Part shown: piece after piece, positions 12,453-25,600 of the stretch
Numbering within the stretch: position 1 is the first letter of the stretch
Layout: every line of letters starts with the position of its first letter
NCBI GenBank assembly: GCA_905178155.1
Contig: CAJINV010000005.1
Location: 4,629,556 to 4,693,555 of the forward strand
From: Amoebophrya sp. A120
Taxonomy: Eukaryota > Protista > Dinoflagellata
DNA length: 64,000 nt
Direction: 5' to 3'
The notes under the pieces: model-generated
Database searches by the model: none
Told to the model about the DNA's origin: nothing
The model's input: only the letters and a program-made list of their open reading frames with translations
Program-made: the position numbers and the translations under genes

Positions 12453-13548
12453 CTTCACTTTCGATATTAGAATCGTCCAAAAAAAACAGGAGTTGATGAT
12501 AGATACATCAGTTACAGATTGAAATGGAGGCTATCAAAAGATAAACAGGCCTCACAAAATTATACACAGCATACGGCTGCAGCTCTGTCGTTTTGTACTA
12601 TGGTTTAGATGCAGGTCTTGTTTGCGCTTGTGCGAATTGACTTTCAGAGCGCGGAAATCGAAATCCTGACCAAACTTAGTGTGCTTCCTAGTAGCAGCCA
12701 TGGCTTTCAACGTCGACGATCGAGATTTCTACATATTCCTTGCACATGATGAAGATCAACAATTGCGTATGCTTTTGCTCGGTGGCGTTGGATCCAGTCG
12801 AAAATCTGTTGGATCCATGCGAAATTCTCTTTCTTTCGTCATCACCGGACTTGTTTGAAGATGAAGAACCTTTTGGCGTTTACTCACTATGTGTAAATAC
12901 CAGCATTTTTGCTCCGGTGGTAGATCTTCCTCAGAGAAGATCTTTCTTTTCTGCGCAAAGGCAGACCCGACAGAAGAACAACAAAGCCCGTAGGTACTTA
13001 TCCGGAATAATTCCGCAAGCCTCAGATGCGTTGCATCTAAAAGAGATCTGCGCGAAGTGGTGTTTGGACAACTTCTTACTTTCTAATTCTACTCCTTTCT
13101 GATGAATCTAGCGCATGCATAAACTCCAAAAATTTTGCACGTGTTTCTTTTTTTTCTTTAATTGGAAAAATCTTCAACTGTAGTTACATGGAGAATTCTG
13201 CCTTGTCGCCCTCGCATCTCAACACAGACGGCGAGAGTGAGTATTTGTGTAGTTGTCAAATGGCTTTTCTATTCGACTCCGTATTGCAGTTCCTTCTCGT
13301 GTGGTGTGCTGAGTCAAAGTCTTATCGATACTCGGTGCAGCATACGATAGCATTAGCATCGTCTGCAGCGCAAAAAAAATCATCTTGTAGTGCTTGTCAA
13401 GTATGATACAGTGCGATCCGTCATGGTGGGTCTACTGCCACAACATACTTAAGCCTCAACTAAACGTAGACCATGACCACAACATCAACTTTACTGTAGT
13501 CGACCGTAGTAGGAAAATGGTGTACAACCTGGACGATACAACTTTTAT

Positions 13549-14475
13549 TTAAAGTCGCTCGCAAGAGCTTCTTCCACCCCACAGCTTCTCACATTCTTCC
13601 TGAGGTAGAACTTCTTCGGGCCCGGGGAACGGAACTTGAACTTCCATTCCTTCAAGTTCTTCAAGGCCGATCATCTCCAAATCTTTTTCAACTTCATGCG
13701 GTCGCTGCGCCCACAGAAGATCTGAACCGTCTGATCTTGGCCCAAGGGTATAAGCCGGCTCACCGTCACTCGGAGGAACGAGCCCGAGTCCGAAGATTGG
13801 ATCGATATGACGCTCTTTGAAGATCCTCCGCGCTTCGGCCACAGACCGACGATCCTCGGCACGACGACCATGGTTCTCTTCACGACGCGGCGGCGAGCAG
13901 GATCTGCGTCGTGCAGAGATTTGTTGTTGTTGCTTCTTCTCGATACGAGTCGCCTTCTTTTGCCTAAGTAGCAGGTCTTTTCCGTACGCCCTTCCCTGCT
14001 CTTTGCATTCCTCCATGAGTTCTTCTGCTTCTGCAGGTGTTAAAGTTTTATAGTCGTCATTGGCCCGCATCTGGTCTATCGCTCCCTGAAACAGCGGTGA
14101 GAATGCTTGCCAACGGGACACTTGCGACAGGGACAGAGGTTCGCCATCGTCATCAAGACGCCCTGGGATGATGTAGTCGGACGCAGTCACTATTTCATCG
14201 TGCTCCATCGCCTTACCAGGAGCTTGTCCCGCAGCCTCCTCAAGCATAGGTAAATCGAAAACCTCCTCAGTACGAGGAGGATCTGGTGCGAACCGGATCT
14301 TCTTCGGCGAGGCACCTGCGGCGAAAGACCACGTGGTTGTTTCAGTACCGGTAGTCGTAGTTGTGCCGTAAGAATAAAACTCGGTAGCCGCAAGGGACCA
14401 ACAAACCACAGCGAGAAGCGAAGAGAGGGACCGGCGTCCCACAACTTCGAGCATAGAATGTGCAAAAGAAACCAT
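13549..14475 (-). CDS. Intronless putative secreted orphan protein (308 aa), family 3
   Basis: Single ORF with signal-like N-terminus SLLAVVCWSLAA; paralogue at 18853 conserves N-terminus and IDxIFGLGLVP..EPAYxLGPR..HEVEKD. Confidence 0.8.
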   Translation of the reverse strand: MVSFAHSMLEVVGRRSLSSLLAVVCWSLAATEFYSYGTTTTTGTETTTWSFAAGASPKKIRFAPDPPRTEEVFDLPMLEEAAGQAPGKAMEHDEIVTASDYIIPGRLDDDGEPLSLSQVSRWQAFSPLFQGAIDQMRANDDYKTLTPAEAEELMEECKEQGRAYGKDLLLRQKKATRIEKKQQQQISARRRSCSPPRREENHGRRAEDRRSVAEARRIFKERHIDPIFGLGLVPPSDGEPAYTLGPRSDGSDLLWAQRPHEVEKDLEMIGLEELEGMEVQVPFPGPEEVLPQEECEKLWGGRSSCERL

Positions 14476-15913
14476 CTTGGGAATGTTTTTGAAGAGAAGA
14501 ACCTACTTGTTACTCGATGTCACTGCTGTCAGTACTTCTATTTGCTCTGCGAAAAACGTACTGTCTGAAAGTGAATGCAAAATCAAAAAAATGGTAAAGA
14601 TGCAAAAAATTGATTCGATTGGACAAGGCTGGTACTGCGTATCTATGCTTTTAAAGCAAAAAGGGTTGCACAATTACTTGATGGCGGAAAGAATAGCAGC
14701 TACTTAATAACGTGATGTACGAAGTTCACGAGTATCGTGTTCAGCAGAGTATATGGCAGTGCAAGGACCTGAAGCTTCTTGAGAAAACATCATTTTTTCT
14801 GGTCGGCATGGTCAAAGACAACGCCAGGCTGCAATGGCATTTCGTGCAACCCATAAATTTTGATTTTTGAGGAGCACAGGAGGATCACATGGGATCAGAT
14901 TTTCGATCGTAGCTTTTTCCATTTTTGATCTCCATTTTAAGCTTGCAAAGGGTATTTTTCTTCACCGAATTTCAAGCATTTAGATGAGCTGCGGATCATC
15001 GGATATGTTCCACAAGTTGGCCCAATGCGAACTCATATGTAATACATGATGAGGACGTCACGGGGCCACAACAATTCTTTTCTACCACGGAAAAATTCTG
15101 GCCGCGGCGGGTCGTGAGCAACTATATTGCGTTAGTCTTCCTTCGGCTTTATTTCATTTTCTGATTTGGTCTCCTCCGTGTACATGCTGGAAACTGACGT
15201 AAAATAGTGCGATTTTGATTTTCGTTGTATTTTTTGTCGAGGATAAAGTCTGTCAAAGTGGACTTTGCTGATGTTTCCTCCTTTGCTTTTACCACGACGG
15301 CCAAAAGAAATTACTTCTCGTTCTCACCTCATGATCATGATATAAGAATTTTTTAGGGTCGCACAGATTTTTTATTTTTGAAAAGTGGCAGCGTTATCCC
15401 CCTTCCTTCCAGCCAGTGCAAAGAACTTCACTCACAGCGAAATTATTTTTGTATATTGCATTTGAAGATTTTCTTTTTTTGTATCAATAAGTACGCACTA
15501 AAGTAGAAGCCTGGAGATGATGGGATTTTTTCCTTCTCCTCAATCTATCACCCAAGCTGCGATTGCGCAAAAGCGAATCTCACTTCTGTAGTATTTCGTG
15601 CTGATATCGTCAAATCAAGTTCGAGCTCTAAGAAGCGCGTGCGCAACGCTTCTTGCGTTTTCATCATCCGAAGAAGATGTGAAAAGGAACGACCAAATTG
15701 TCCTCGTGGTCCTCGTCGTAGTGCAATTCGATTCGTAAAAATCAAACAGAGTACTAAACTACAACTCTTCTCGTTCTCGGTACACCTGATTTTGTTTTTA
15801 TCACTAGATTTACATTTAGATGAAATAAAACCTCGTCGCGGCGTACAACTGCGCCCATTGAGGACGCAGCTGTCCCGCGGTAAAAATTACTCCTTCCCCT
15901 GTCCTAGTATTCA

Positions 15914-16750
15914 TTAGTCGACAAACTTGATACTGTTGTCGACCAATAAATCACCAGCACTCATGCGCATTCCCCGCTTGATCTGCGTGCACAATTCCAA
16001 AGTCGCGCTGATCCGCGCTTGGTCCCCACTAGCAAAGGCCACCCGCAGAAGCTCCGCGTTGTTTTTTTCTACTTCTAGCACCCTTTCCGTTCGGATGCGC
16101 CTCAGCTCTTCGTTGAAACAATGCAGCCGGCGTTCGAACAATTGCATGGCCTGTTCCCACACGTTGTGCTGACAGGCATACCCCCGCCGGTAAAACTCCA
16201 GCCAGGACTGCGCCATCGGCCCGTGGTACTGTTGCTGCTGCAGAAGCTCCTGCCCAGGCTGCACCACCTGGTGCAGCAGAGGCGGCTGCTGATCTTGCTG
16301 GTGAAGATGATCTGGGTGAAGGTTGTGCGGAGCTCCCTGCGAAGTAGAAGATCCGGAGGAAGCCGAAGCTGTAGTCCTAGTTGTCTTTGTCACACGTAAA
16401 TCCAGCAGTTGCTGTTGCATGCACGACACCGCTGCAACAAGGGTAGTACCAGCCTGTTCAATATTTGCACCTGCCGGCGAAGTAGATGTCCCGGGCGCAC
16501 TGCAGTCGCTCGTGCAAAATCTACTGTAGTCTTCGTGTGCAGCACCAGGCGTATTGGCGTCGGGTTCTGCAGCTTCTACTTCAGAGGCGTCTTTATCTTG
16601 TCCTGCCTTCTCCTGTTGTTCGGCAACTACATGATCATCCCGCACTTTAATCTTTTCCGCTTGTATGATCGGATACCGAATTTGCAGAAACCCGAGCAGC
16701 CCATTTTCCTCCCGCTCCTTCTCTTCCGCTTCTAAAATCTTCTCTCTCTT
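15914..16750 (-). pseudogene. Duplicated last exon of the large gene, placed behind the family-1 promoter/start out of frame
   Basis: Similar to 22671-23520; junction at 16750/16751 reads ATG ATG TTG CGG TAC TTA CCC TCT TGT TAA. Confidence 0.7.
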
Positions 16751-16944
16751 AACAAGAGGGTAAGTACCGCAACATCATCTTCACTTTCGATATTAGAATC
16801 GTCCAAAAAAAACAGGAGTTGATGATAGATACATCACTTACAGATTGAAATGGAGGCTATCAAAAGATAAAAAGGCCCCACAAAATCATACACAACATAC
16901 GGCTGCAGCTCTGTCGTTTTGTACTATGTTTTCGATGCAAGTCT

Positions 16945-17878
16945 ATGAGAGTGAAAAAGCGATTCAATTTGGGGCGATTCAAAAATTTCTATTTTTTTTG
17001 CTTTTTTTCAGTATTCCCAACGGTATGCTGCTGATTTTGTTGATCGTCTTTATTTGAAGCGTGACGGTTCACGTCGTCCGCAGAAAAGGTATGCAATTAA
17101 GTAGCTAGGCTGGTCCCACCTTGAACTAGATGCAAGAGGCACTGAAGATTATCGGACACCTTGCATCAAGCAGGCACTTTGTCTGGCGCATTATGATAAG
17201 AATTCAAGGAAGTGATGGGCGACCGCCGCCAACTTGTCCAGGGGCCCCTTGTATGGGACCCAGGTAACGGCTCAAAATAGGCGGACTCATCAAGAAGCTC
17301 TTTATCTAATCGCCTCCATCCACTTGCAGTCCTCATGTTATGCCTCTGTTTCTGTTGGCCATTTGTGTTTGAATTTGCTTGGCATCATGGAGCCCGCAGC
17401 AAATGAAATGGAAGAGGGTAGCTGAGCTGGTCGCGCCTTGAACTAGACGCAGCAAAGGTCACAAGCCCACCGAAAAGGATGCTCCAAAGGAGCGCGTTGG
17501 TCTACCTGCGTAGCAAACCAGCAGAGAGGGCAAAAGGCGCGAAAGGTAGAGCGCCACTACCTTGTCCAGGGGCGAGCCCCATGGGCACAGCCCGGCGGGG
17601 CGGAGCTGCTTGACCGTGGCAGACCTGGGCAAGGTACGTGGCCCGGCACTCGTGTGTGGCTTCTGATCAGGCGCAATAGTCGGCACGGCAGGGCGCCTGG
17701 TATTGGCCGGCCATTGCATTCCTTTGAACAAGTCACGACAAGGGGTGGGGGTGGCGCCCTCCACTGTCGTGACATTATGTTCCCAAGGAGGCGCGACTCT
17801 TGGCCCTTTGCCAGTTTAACAACTACAGCCCCTACTAGAGCTGCGGCGCGTGTGCCTTCGAAGGTTGGCCTTTCGGGG
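16945..17878. mobile_element. 934-bp insertion flanked by 48-bp direct repeats
   Basis: DR 16897-16944/17879-17926 (1 mismatch); single copy without insert at ~12571-12618. Confidence 0.75.
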
Positions 17879-18852
17879 ATACGGCTGCAGCTCTGTCGTT
17901 TCGTACTATGTTTTCGATGCAAGTCTCGCTCTTGCTTGCGCTTGTGCGGATTGACTTGCTTATCCTTTTTTAATGCTCATCAAAATATTTCAGAGCGCGG
18001 AAATCCTGAACAAACTTAGTATGCTTTCTAGTAGCAGCCATGGCTTTCAACGACGATCGAGACTTTTAATATTCCTTGCACATGATGAAGATCAACAGTA
18101 AGTTGTCTATGCTTTTGCTCGGTGACCTTGGATCCAGTCGAAAATCTCAATCTGCTGGATCCATGCGAAATTCTTTTTCTTTCGTCATCGCCGGACTTGT
18201 TTGAAGATGAACCTTTTGGCGACGTTTACTATGTGCAAGTGTGAGCATTTTAATTTTTGCTCCGGGTGTAAGTAGATCATCCTCAGAGAAGATCTTTCTT
18301 TTCTGCGCAGAGACACACGACCCGACAGAAGAACAACAAAGCCCGTAGGTACTTATCCGGAAGAATTCCGCAGGCCTCAGATGCGTTGCATCTAAAAGAG
18401 ATCTGCGCGAAGTGGTGTTTGGACAACTTCTTACTTTCTAATTCTACTCCTTTCTGATGAATGATCTAGCGCATGTATAAACCCCAAAAACTTTGCACGT
18501 GTTTCTTTTTTTTCTTTAATTGGAAAAATCTTTAACTGTAGTTACATGGAAAAATCTGCCTCGTCGCCCTCGCATCTCAACTAGATAGACGGCGACAGTC
18601 GTGAGTATTTGTGTAGTCAAATGGCTTTTCTATTCGACTCCGTGTTGCAGTTCCTTCTCGTGTGGTGTGCTGCGTCAAAATCTCATCGATACGCGGTGCA
18701 GCATACGATAGCATTAGCATCGTCTGCAGTGCGAAAAAAATTTGTACGTGCTGGGCACGTTTGTCATACAGTATATGGACCAGTCATCTACTTACCTCCA
18801 CAACACACTCAATAAGCCTCAACTAGATCACCCAGACCCCAACATCACCCTG

Positions 18853-19710
18853 TTACTGTGGTCGACCGTAGCAGGAAAATGGAGATGGTAGACCTGCTGT
18901 ATACATTGGCTGACAAATGTCTCTTCCCCCCCACAGCATCTCACGACCTGCTTCCTCTGGAGGTAGAACTTCGGGACCAGTGGAAAACGGGACTTCCATT
19001 CCTTCAATATTTTGACGGAGCTCGATCATCTCAAAATCTTTTTCAACTTCATGCGCTTCTTCTCGGCCAGCATTTCTTGGCCCAAGGTCATAAGCCGGCT
19101 CACTGTCACTCGTCGGAACGAGCCCGAGTCCGAAGATTGAATCGATGTAATGCTTGTTTCCGGTCGAGGCCACAAAACGATCCTCGGCCGCGCGGTCCTC
19201 TACTTCACGACTCGGCAGGCCGTTTTTACGTACCGGACGTTGCGCCGGAGAATGGCTTCTGTCTCTTCCGCCACAAAAACGAGCCCAGTCAGTTTTTCTG
19301 GCCCGCATATTAGCTCCGAGCGAGAAGGAGCGGGCTGTAATCCTGCTAGGCAAGGACTTATCTATCACGGGAGTTCCTTCCTTATGAAAACCCGTAATAC
19401 TGCAAACGTCCGCCATGGCCAACTTCACTTGCGGCTCCTCAAGATCCGGCATTTCTTCTAACTCCTTCAGCAAGTCTTCGCTTTGATCAGGAGCTTGTGC
19501 GCATCGGAGTCTTGGCGGCGCTGGGGTCTTCATCTTCTTCAGCGAGGCACCTGAGGCGAAAGACCACGTGCTTGTTGCGGTGCTACCGGTAGTTGTGCCG
19601 TAAGAATAAAACTCGGTAGCCGCAAGGGACCAACAAACCACAGCGAGAAGCGAAGAGAGGGACCGGCGTCCCAGAACTTCGAGCATAGAATGTGCAAAAG
19701 AAACGACCAT
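18853..19710 (-). CDS. Intronless putative secreted orphan protein (285 aa), family 3
   Basis: ORF paralogous to 13549-14475. Confidence 0.8.
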   Translation of the reverse strand: MVVSFAHSMLEVLGRRSLSSLLAVVCWSLAATEFYSYGTTTGSTATSTWSFASGASLKKMKTPAPPRLRCAQAPDQSEDLLKELEEMPDLEEPQVKLAMADVCSITGFHKEGTPVIDKSLPSRITARSFSLGANMRARKTDWARFCGGRDRSHSPAQRPVRKNGLPSREVEDRAAEDRFVASTGNKHYIDSIFGLGLVPTSDSEPAYDLGPRNAGREEAHEVEKDFEMIELRQNIEGMEVPFSTGPEVLPPEEAGREMLWGGRDICQPMYTAGLPSPFSCYGRPQ

Positions 19711-20733
19711 CTTGGGAATGTTTTTGGAGAGAAGAACCTACTCGATGTTGCTGCTGGCAGAACTTCTATTTGCTCTGCGAAAAACGTACTGTGGTCTGTA
19801 AGTGAATGCTTGCAAAATCAAAAAAATGGTAAAAATACAAAAAATTGATTCGATTGGACAAGGCTGGTACTGCGTATCTATGCTTTTAAAGCAAAAAGGG
19901 TTGCACAATTACTTGATGGCGGACAAAATAGCAGCTACTTGTTAACAACGTCGACGAAGTTCACGAGTATCGTGTTCAGCAGAGAATATGGCAGTGCAAA
20001 AACCTGAATCTTCTTGAGAAAACATCTTTTTTTCTAGCCAACATGGTCAAAGACAACGCGGAGCTGCAAATGCAATGGCATTTCGTGCAGCCCATAAATT
20101 TTGATTTTTGAGGAGAACAGGAGGATCGCGTGGGATCAAATTTTGGATCGTAACCTTTTCGATTTTTGATCTACATTTTCAGGTTGCAATTTTTCTTCAC
20201 CGAATTTCAACAATTGAGATGAGCTGCGGATCATCGGATATGTCCTACATACAAGTTGTTCCAATGCGAACTCTTTATCGAATACATGATGAGGACGTCA
20301 GCACGGGCCCACAACAATTTGATTTTTTTTCTACCACGTAAAAATTATGGCCGCAGGTCGCGAGCAACTATATCACGTAAGTCTTCAGTCTTATCTCATT
20401 TTCTGACTTGTTCTCCTCCATGTTGTTGTACCTGCCGTCAACTGACGTGAAAAAGTGCGAATTTCATTTTCGTTGTTTTTTTTGTCGAGGATGTAGTGGA
20501 CTTTGTTGAAGATGCTTCCTCCTTTGCTTTTAGCACGACGGCCACAAGAAAATTACTTCTCACCTCATGATGATACAAGAATTTTTTAGAGTCGTACGGA
20601 TTTTCTATTTTTCAAGAGTGGCAGCGTTAATATCCACCTTCCAGCCAGTGCAAAGAACTTCACTCACAGCGAAATTATTTTTGTACGTTGCATTTTGATT
20701 TTCTTTTTGTATCAATAAGTACGCACTAATGTA

Positions 20734-22253
20734 TATAACGCGATCAACTGTTAAATCAAAAAATATTTTCAAATTTTTCTTTAAGTATCGGAAAGCGCGC
20801 GCGCAGAAGCCCACCAGAATCGGCGAGCAAAGAATCCGCACACAGCGCGCAGATCTTGAGCATTCAAACTGACTTATGCTAGAGTCGGGCGCCGAGTCGA
20901 GCCCTCGACCGGTCGCACAGTTGTGCTGCACGGGCCCGGGTAAAAAGGCCGCCGCACGGAGTCGCGTAGCCTTTGGGGCAATTTGCGCGGCTCCGGAAGC
21001 ATGACGGTGAAGCGGGCGCGGAAAGCTATCATATCGGAGACTAGCTAGACGCCCGTCTTGTCTTGTCCACCAATTTGCCACGGCCTCTGAAGCTCGCCTG
21101 TCGCGGAAGACATGTTGGTTTTCTTAGTGAACCTCATGGCGCGCGGCCATTGTTGCAATGAAGGAACAGGCGCTGGCCAGCGGGATGGCGTTTTTGGGCG
21201 AAGCTTGTGTGCCCTTCGCTCAGATTTCGCGACTGTTATTTTCGGGCGGCAGGCTGCGTGGCGTTTCCACCATGCGCAGCTTGGGCCCTACAAGTCCGCC
21301 ACAGTGTTGGCAGAAACCCGTGCGCCCGCCTTCAGGTCGGGGCTCCGGGGTTGGCCGTTCGCTTTGCTCCAGGAGTGGGGGGCGCTGACCTTGTCCTGCG
21401 GAAAGGTGAGAGCCGAAGTCTGGCCTTTCGAGGCGTTCCCGGAGGTCCCCAAGGGAGGTCCTCAAGGGACCTCTACGAGGAGGTCTCATACCATCGGGCG
21501 AAGATTTTCCGAACCATTCCACTTTTGGTCGGATTTAGGAGGTCCCTCGGGGAGGTCCCCCGGGGAGGTCCCGAAGCAGCACAAATCCAAAGCAATGCAG
21601 GTCGAATTGCCTCAGGGCAACAGGCATGCCGGGGCTGGCCTTGTGGATCCCCATCCTGGCTCCTCCGCCGCCAGTGGGGCAGCAAGGCTTTTGCGCCATG
21701 TTTCGACGCACTCCTCTATCCGCGGCGCGGGTGACGGCAGTCTTATGGTCGGCTTCGCGTCTGGTAATTTGGCAATGCCTCTGACGGCTTGTCTTCCCAT
21801 CCCGCTGCGATCCAGGCTCTGCCCCCGTGCCAGGGCAGGAGCTCAAATGATCCGGGTCTAATAGGAAGGGAGCAGAGCCATGCCTTCGAGCGGGGTCTGG
21901 GCTTCTAAGGCCACACGGCTGCGGCGGCGCCACTCGCCTCGTGTCAGACAGCATCCAGCTGGGGTCGTGGCATGCCTTGCTGGAGGGCTTTTGCGGAGCT
22001 CTTGCGCTGTTGCCCCCCGAAGCCACTTCCCGACAGGCGATTTTTTTGGCCCTTGCGCTGCGATGGCCGGCGCGTACTCGCAATGAGCACGCAAGCGGCA
22101 ACTAGAAACCGAGACGGCAGGGGCGACAGAAAAAGAGCACGACTCTTTTCAGGCAAAACATTCCAAGGCCGGTCGAGGTTGCGCGGCAACACACTTCTAC
22201 ACTTGAAAAAAAATTTGAAAACTTTTTTTGATTCAACAGTTGAACGCGTTATA
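20734..22253. mobile_element. 1520-bp non-autonomous TIR DNA transposon (intergenic)
   Basis: ~53-bp TIR TATAACGCG.TCAACTGTT.AATCAAAAAA; TSD ATGTA (20729-20733/22254-22258); absent from duplicated copy at ~15500. Confidence 0.88.
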
Positions 22254-22670
22254 ATGTAGCCTGGAGATGATGGGATTTTTTCCTTCTCCTCAATCACCCA
22301 ATTGCGCATCAAAAGTAAATCATCAAAATCTCATTTGTATAGTATTTCGTGCTGATATCCTCGTTATCGTCAAATGAACTTCGAGCTCAAAGAAGCGCGT
22401 GCGCAACGCTTCTGTTTCAGAGGACTTTTTCCGAACAAGGTGTGAAAAACAACGACCAACTTGTTCTCGTCCTCGTCGTAGTGCAATTCGATTCGTTTTC
22501 GTAATCAAACAGAGTACTAAAGTACAACTCTCTCGGTACACAAGATTTTGTTTTATTTTATCACTAGATTTAGATGAAATAAAACCTCGTCGCGTACAAC
22601 TGCGCCCATTGAGGACGCAGCTGCCCCACGGCAAAAATTACTCCTTCGCCCTCCCCTGTCCTAGTATTCA

Positions 22671-25600
22671 TTAGTCGACAAATTTCATACTTGTTTTGTC
22701 GACCAAATCACCAGCACTCATCCGCATTCCCCGCTTGATCTGCGTGCATAGTTCCAAAGTCGCACTGATCCGCGCGTGGTCCCCGCTGGCAAAGGCCACG
22801 CGCAAAAGCTCCGCGTTGTTTTTTTCTACTTCCAGCACCCTTTCCGTCCGAATGCGCTTCAGCTCTTCGTTGAAACAATGCAGCCGCCGTTCAAATAACT
22901 TCATGGCCTGTTCCCACACGTTTTGCTGACAGGTATACCCCCGCCGGTAAAACTCCAGCCAGGACTGCGCCATGGGCCCGTGGTATTGTTGCTGCTGCAG
23001 AAGCTCCTGCACTGGCTGCACCACCTGGTGCAGCAGAGGCGGCTGCTGATGTTGCTGGTGAAGATGATCTGGGTGAAGGTTGCTTTGCGCTCCCTGGGAA
23101 GTAGAAGATCCGGAGATGGAAGCCGCAGCTGCAGAAGTCCTCGTTGTCACACACAAAGCAAGTAGTTGCTGTTGCATGCACGACACCGATGCAACAAGGG
23201 TAGTACCAGCCTGTTCAACATTTCTTGCACCTCCTTCCGGCGAAGTAGATGTCCCGGGCGCAATGTAGTGGTCGCTCGTGCAAAATCTACTGTGGTCTTC
23301 GTGTGCAGCGCCTCCACCAGGCACATTGGCGTCGTGGTCTGCTTTTTCCGAGACGGCTTTATCTTGTCCTGCCTTCTCCTGTTGTTCGGCAACTACATGA
23401 TCATCCCGCACTTTAATATTTTCCGCTTGTATAATCGGATACCGAATCTGCAGAAACCCGAGCAGCCCATTCTCCTGTCGCTCCTTCTCTTCTGCTTCTA
23501 AAATCTTCTCCCTCTTCACCGCCGCACGCTCGCCCATGATATTGTATCAAATGCAAATATGTTTGGTTCTGGAAGGATGCAGATTTTTGCCACGCTGTTT
23601 TTCCATGACACGGAAGGTCTGGCAAGCAAGGTTTAGCATTACAGGTTTTTTGAGAAGCTGCGACGAAGACGATGCCTCGGCCCGCATGACAAATCCCCTA
23701 GTTTTTCGGTGACAAAAATGGGCAGCTCTTGCTGTCTATGCATGAGAGATTTTTGTGTGCTGTGAGATGCGCGTCACAAGTTCCGTCTTTCCCGACCCAG
23801 ACATTTTTGCAGTTGATATATTGACGAAAGCTTGCAAACTCGGCGAGCTGACGAAATTCTTCGCGGTGCAAGAGAATAATAAGCTTTCCAGAACTTTCGT
23901 CTCTCGTTGCATTGCCTCTTGAAATCTCTGGTCATGAGGATGCTGGCGCCCTTGTTCTTTGCAGCTGGGAAGCAGTTCCATGGCCGTCGTCGGAGGTTCT
24001 GGTCCTGTAGGAGAACACGAACAGGAAGATGTTGCTTCGGCAGAAGATAAACCAGCTGGATCATTTATTGTACAACCGTTGGAGCGGCCCCCGGGGGCCC
24101 CCTGCTCTGCATGGCCGCTAGCTCCTGTCATGCTTTCAAGCTGCTCCACAAACCTGGTGATCCTTTTGCAGTCCTCTTCCGACGCCCCGGCATGGTGCTG
24201 TTGCAGTTTCTTGCAGAAGGATAACTGCTCAGCAGTCAGGCCTACGACGAATTGTGGACGCGGACACAAGGGCTGCAGCATCTGTTTATTTTCTCGGTGG
24301 TCGAGTTTTTCTGGATCGTCGTGCTCTCGCCGTGCCGTCGGGGAAGTGAGATCTTTGGTACTACTACAACTACTATCCCGTGGGTAGTTCTCCTTGATAA
24401 ACTCATCGATCGGGGAACTGAACCCCCCCTCGGCAGTTCGGACGCGCCGACAACTTTCTTCCTATCAAGTGTAAAAGTGTCTGGGTCTGGAAGAGTGCGC
24501 GATTTGTCATGCAGATTTTCCATGACCCATGAGGTCTGGAATGCAGGACCTAGCATGACAGATTCAGATTCTGCGCGATCTCTCTCATGCCTATCCTGCA
24601 TGAGAAACTCCCTCCCGAATTGGTCAAAACTGGACGACTTTTGGTAATCATGCAACACAGATTTTTGCATGCTTCAGATTTCGCATGACAAGTTGCATTT
24701 TTCCAGACCCAGACATTTTTACACTTGATACTTCCACATGCCTCTCCAATTCAGCGGCGATCAACCCGTCAATTGCAGCGCAGGTGTATGAACTGCAAAG
24801 TGTCGTCCTATCGTACTCGTATAAATGCATGGCAAATTCCCTCAGCATGAGAAATAAAATTTGTAATGCGTATTTACCTTGAGAAAAAAACTTGTAGTGC
24901 ATGACTGCAATACGAGTACGATACTTTTGCACAGGATAAGGCGCACCGGAGCCAGGACTCTTGCACCGGGTTTTCTGGGCAGCGGAGGGGGAGGTCGTCC
25001 TGAAGTAGAAGACCACAGGTCGTGGTTTGTTCACCTTGCAGATGAGGCTGATGGTCTTCATCTTCATCTTGCGACAGATTTTGTTGCTCATCCGCGCCAG
25101 CAGCTTTATTACCTCCAGGCGTCGTCCGAGATGTGCTCCTTGACTTCAACTCCGCAGACTTAAAGCAGTATCCAATCATACTCTTCACGTGCTCAGGCAC
25201 GTCGTCTTCCGTCACCCATTGCATAAAATCATCACAGTCCACTTGTTTTTCGTCGCGTTGCAAGAAAGAACCATGATCCGCGGCCGTGACCTGGTGGTTT
25301 CTGTCCGTGTGCTCCTGTCGTGGCTCCTGTAGGACCTGCTCCGTCATCAATTTATTAGCCTCGCCTACTTTTCTTGAAGAAAGGGGCGCAGCTGTTGTGC
25401 TGTTGCTAGGCCGATCCTCCGGTTGTCGTCTAGGGGCCCCCGCGGGTTGTTGTACGCCAGGAGGGGCTATGAAATGCAAAAGTGTCTGGGTCTGGAAGCT
25501 TGTAATGCTAAAAGTGAATGATAAACGCACTGCAATACGCAGCTATGGTACATGACAAATTTTTTGGCTGCGATGTATTACGTATCATCATCATCATGTA

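Larger units (their letters stand above)
12425..23520. repeat. Tandem segmental duplication: unit 1 12425-16750, unit 2 16751-23520 (unit 2 has two extra inserts)
   Basis: Collinear similarity of intergenic DNA, the MVSFAHS gene and the PMAQSWLEFYRRGY exon in both units. Confidence 0.88.

Noticed and set aside
21112-22101. ORFs inside the 1.5-kb TIR element as a transposase
   Set aside because: Overlapping GC-driven ORFs in many frames with no DDE, HTH or tyrosine-recombinase motif.
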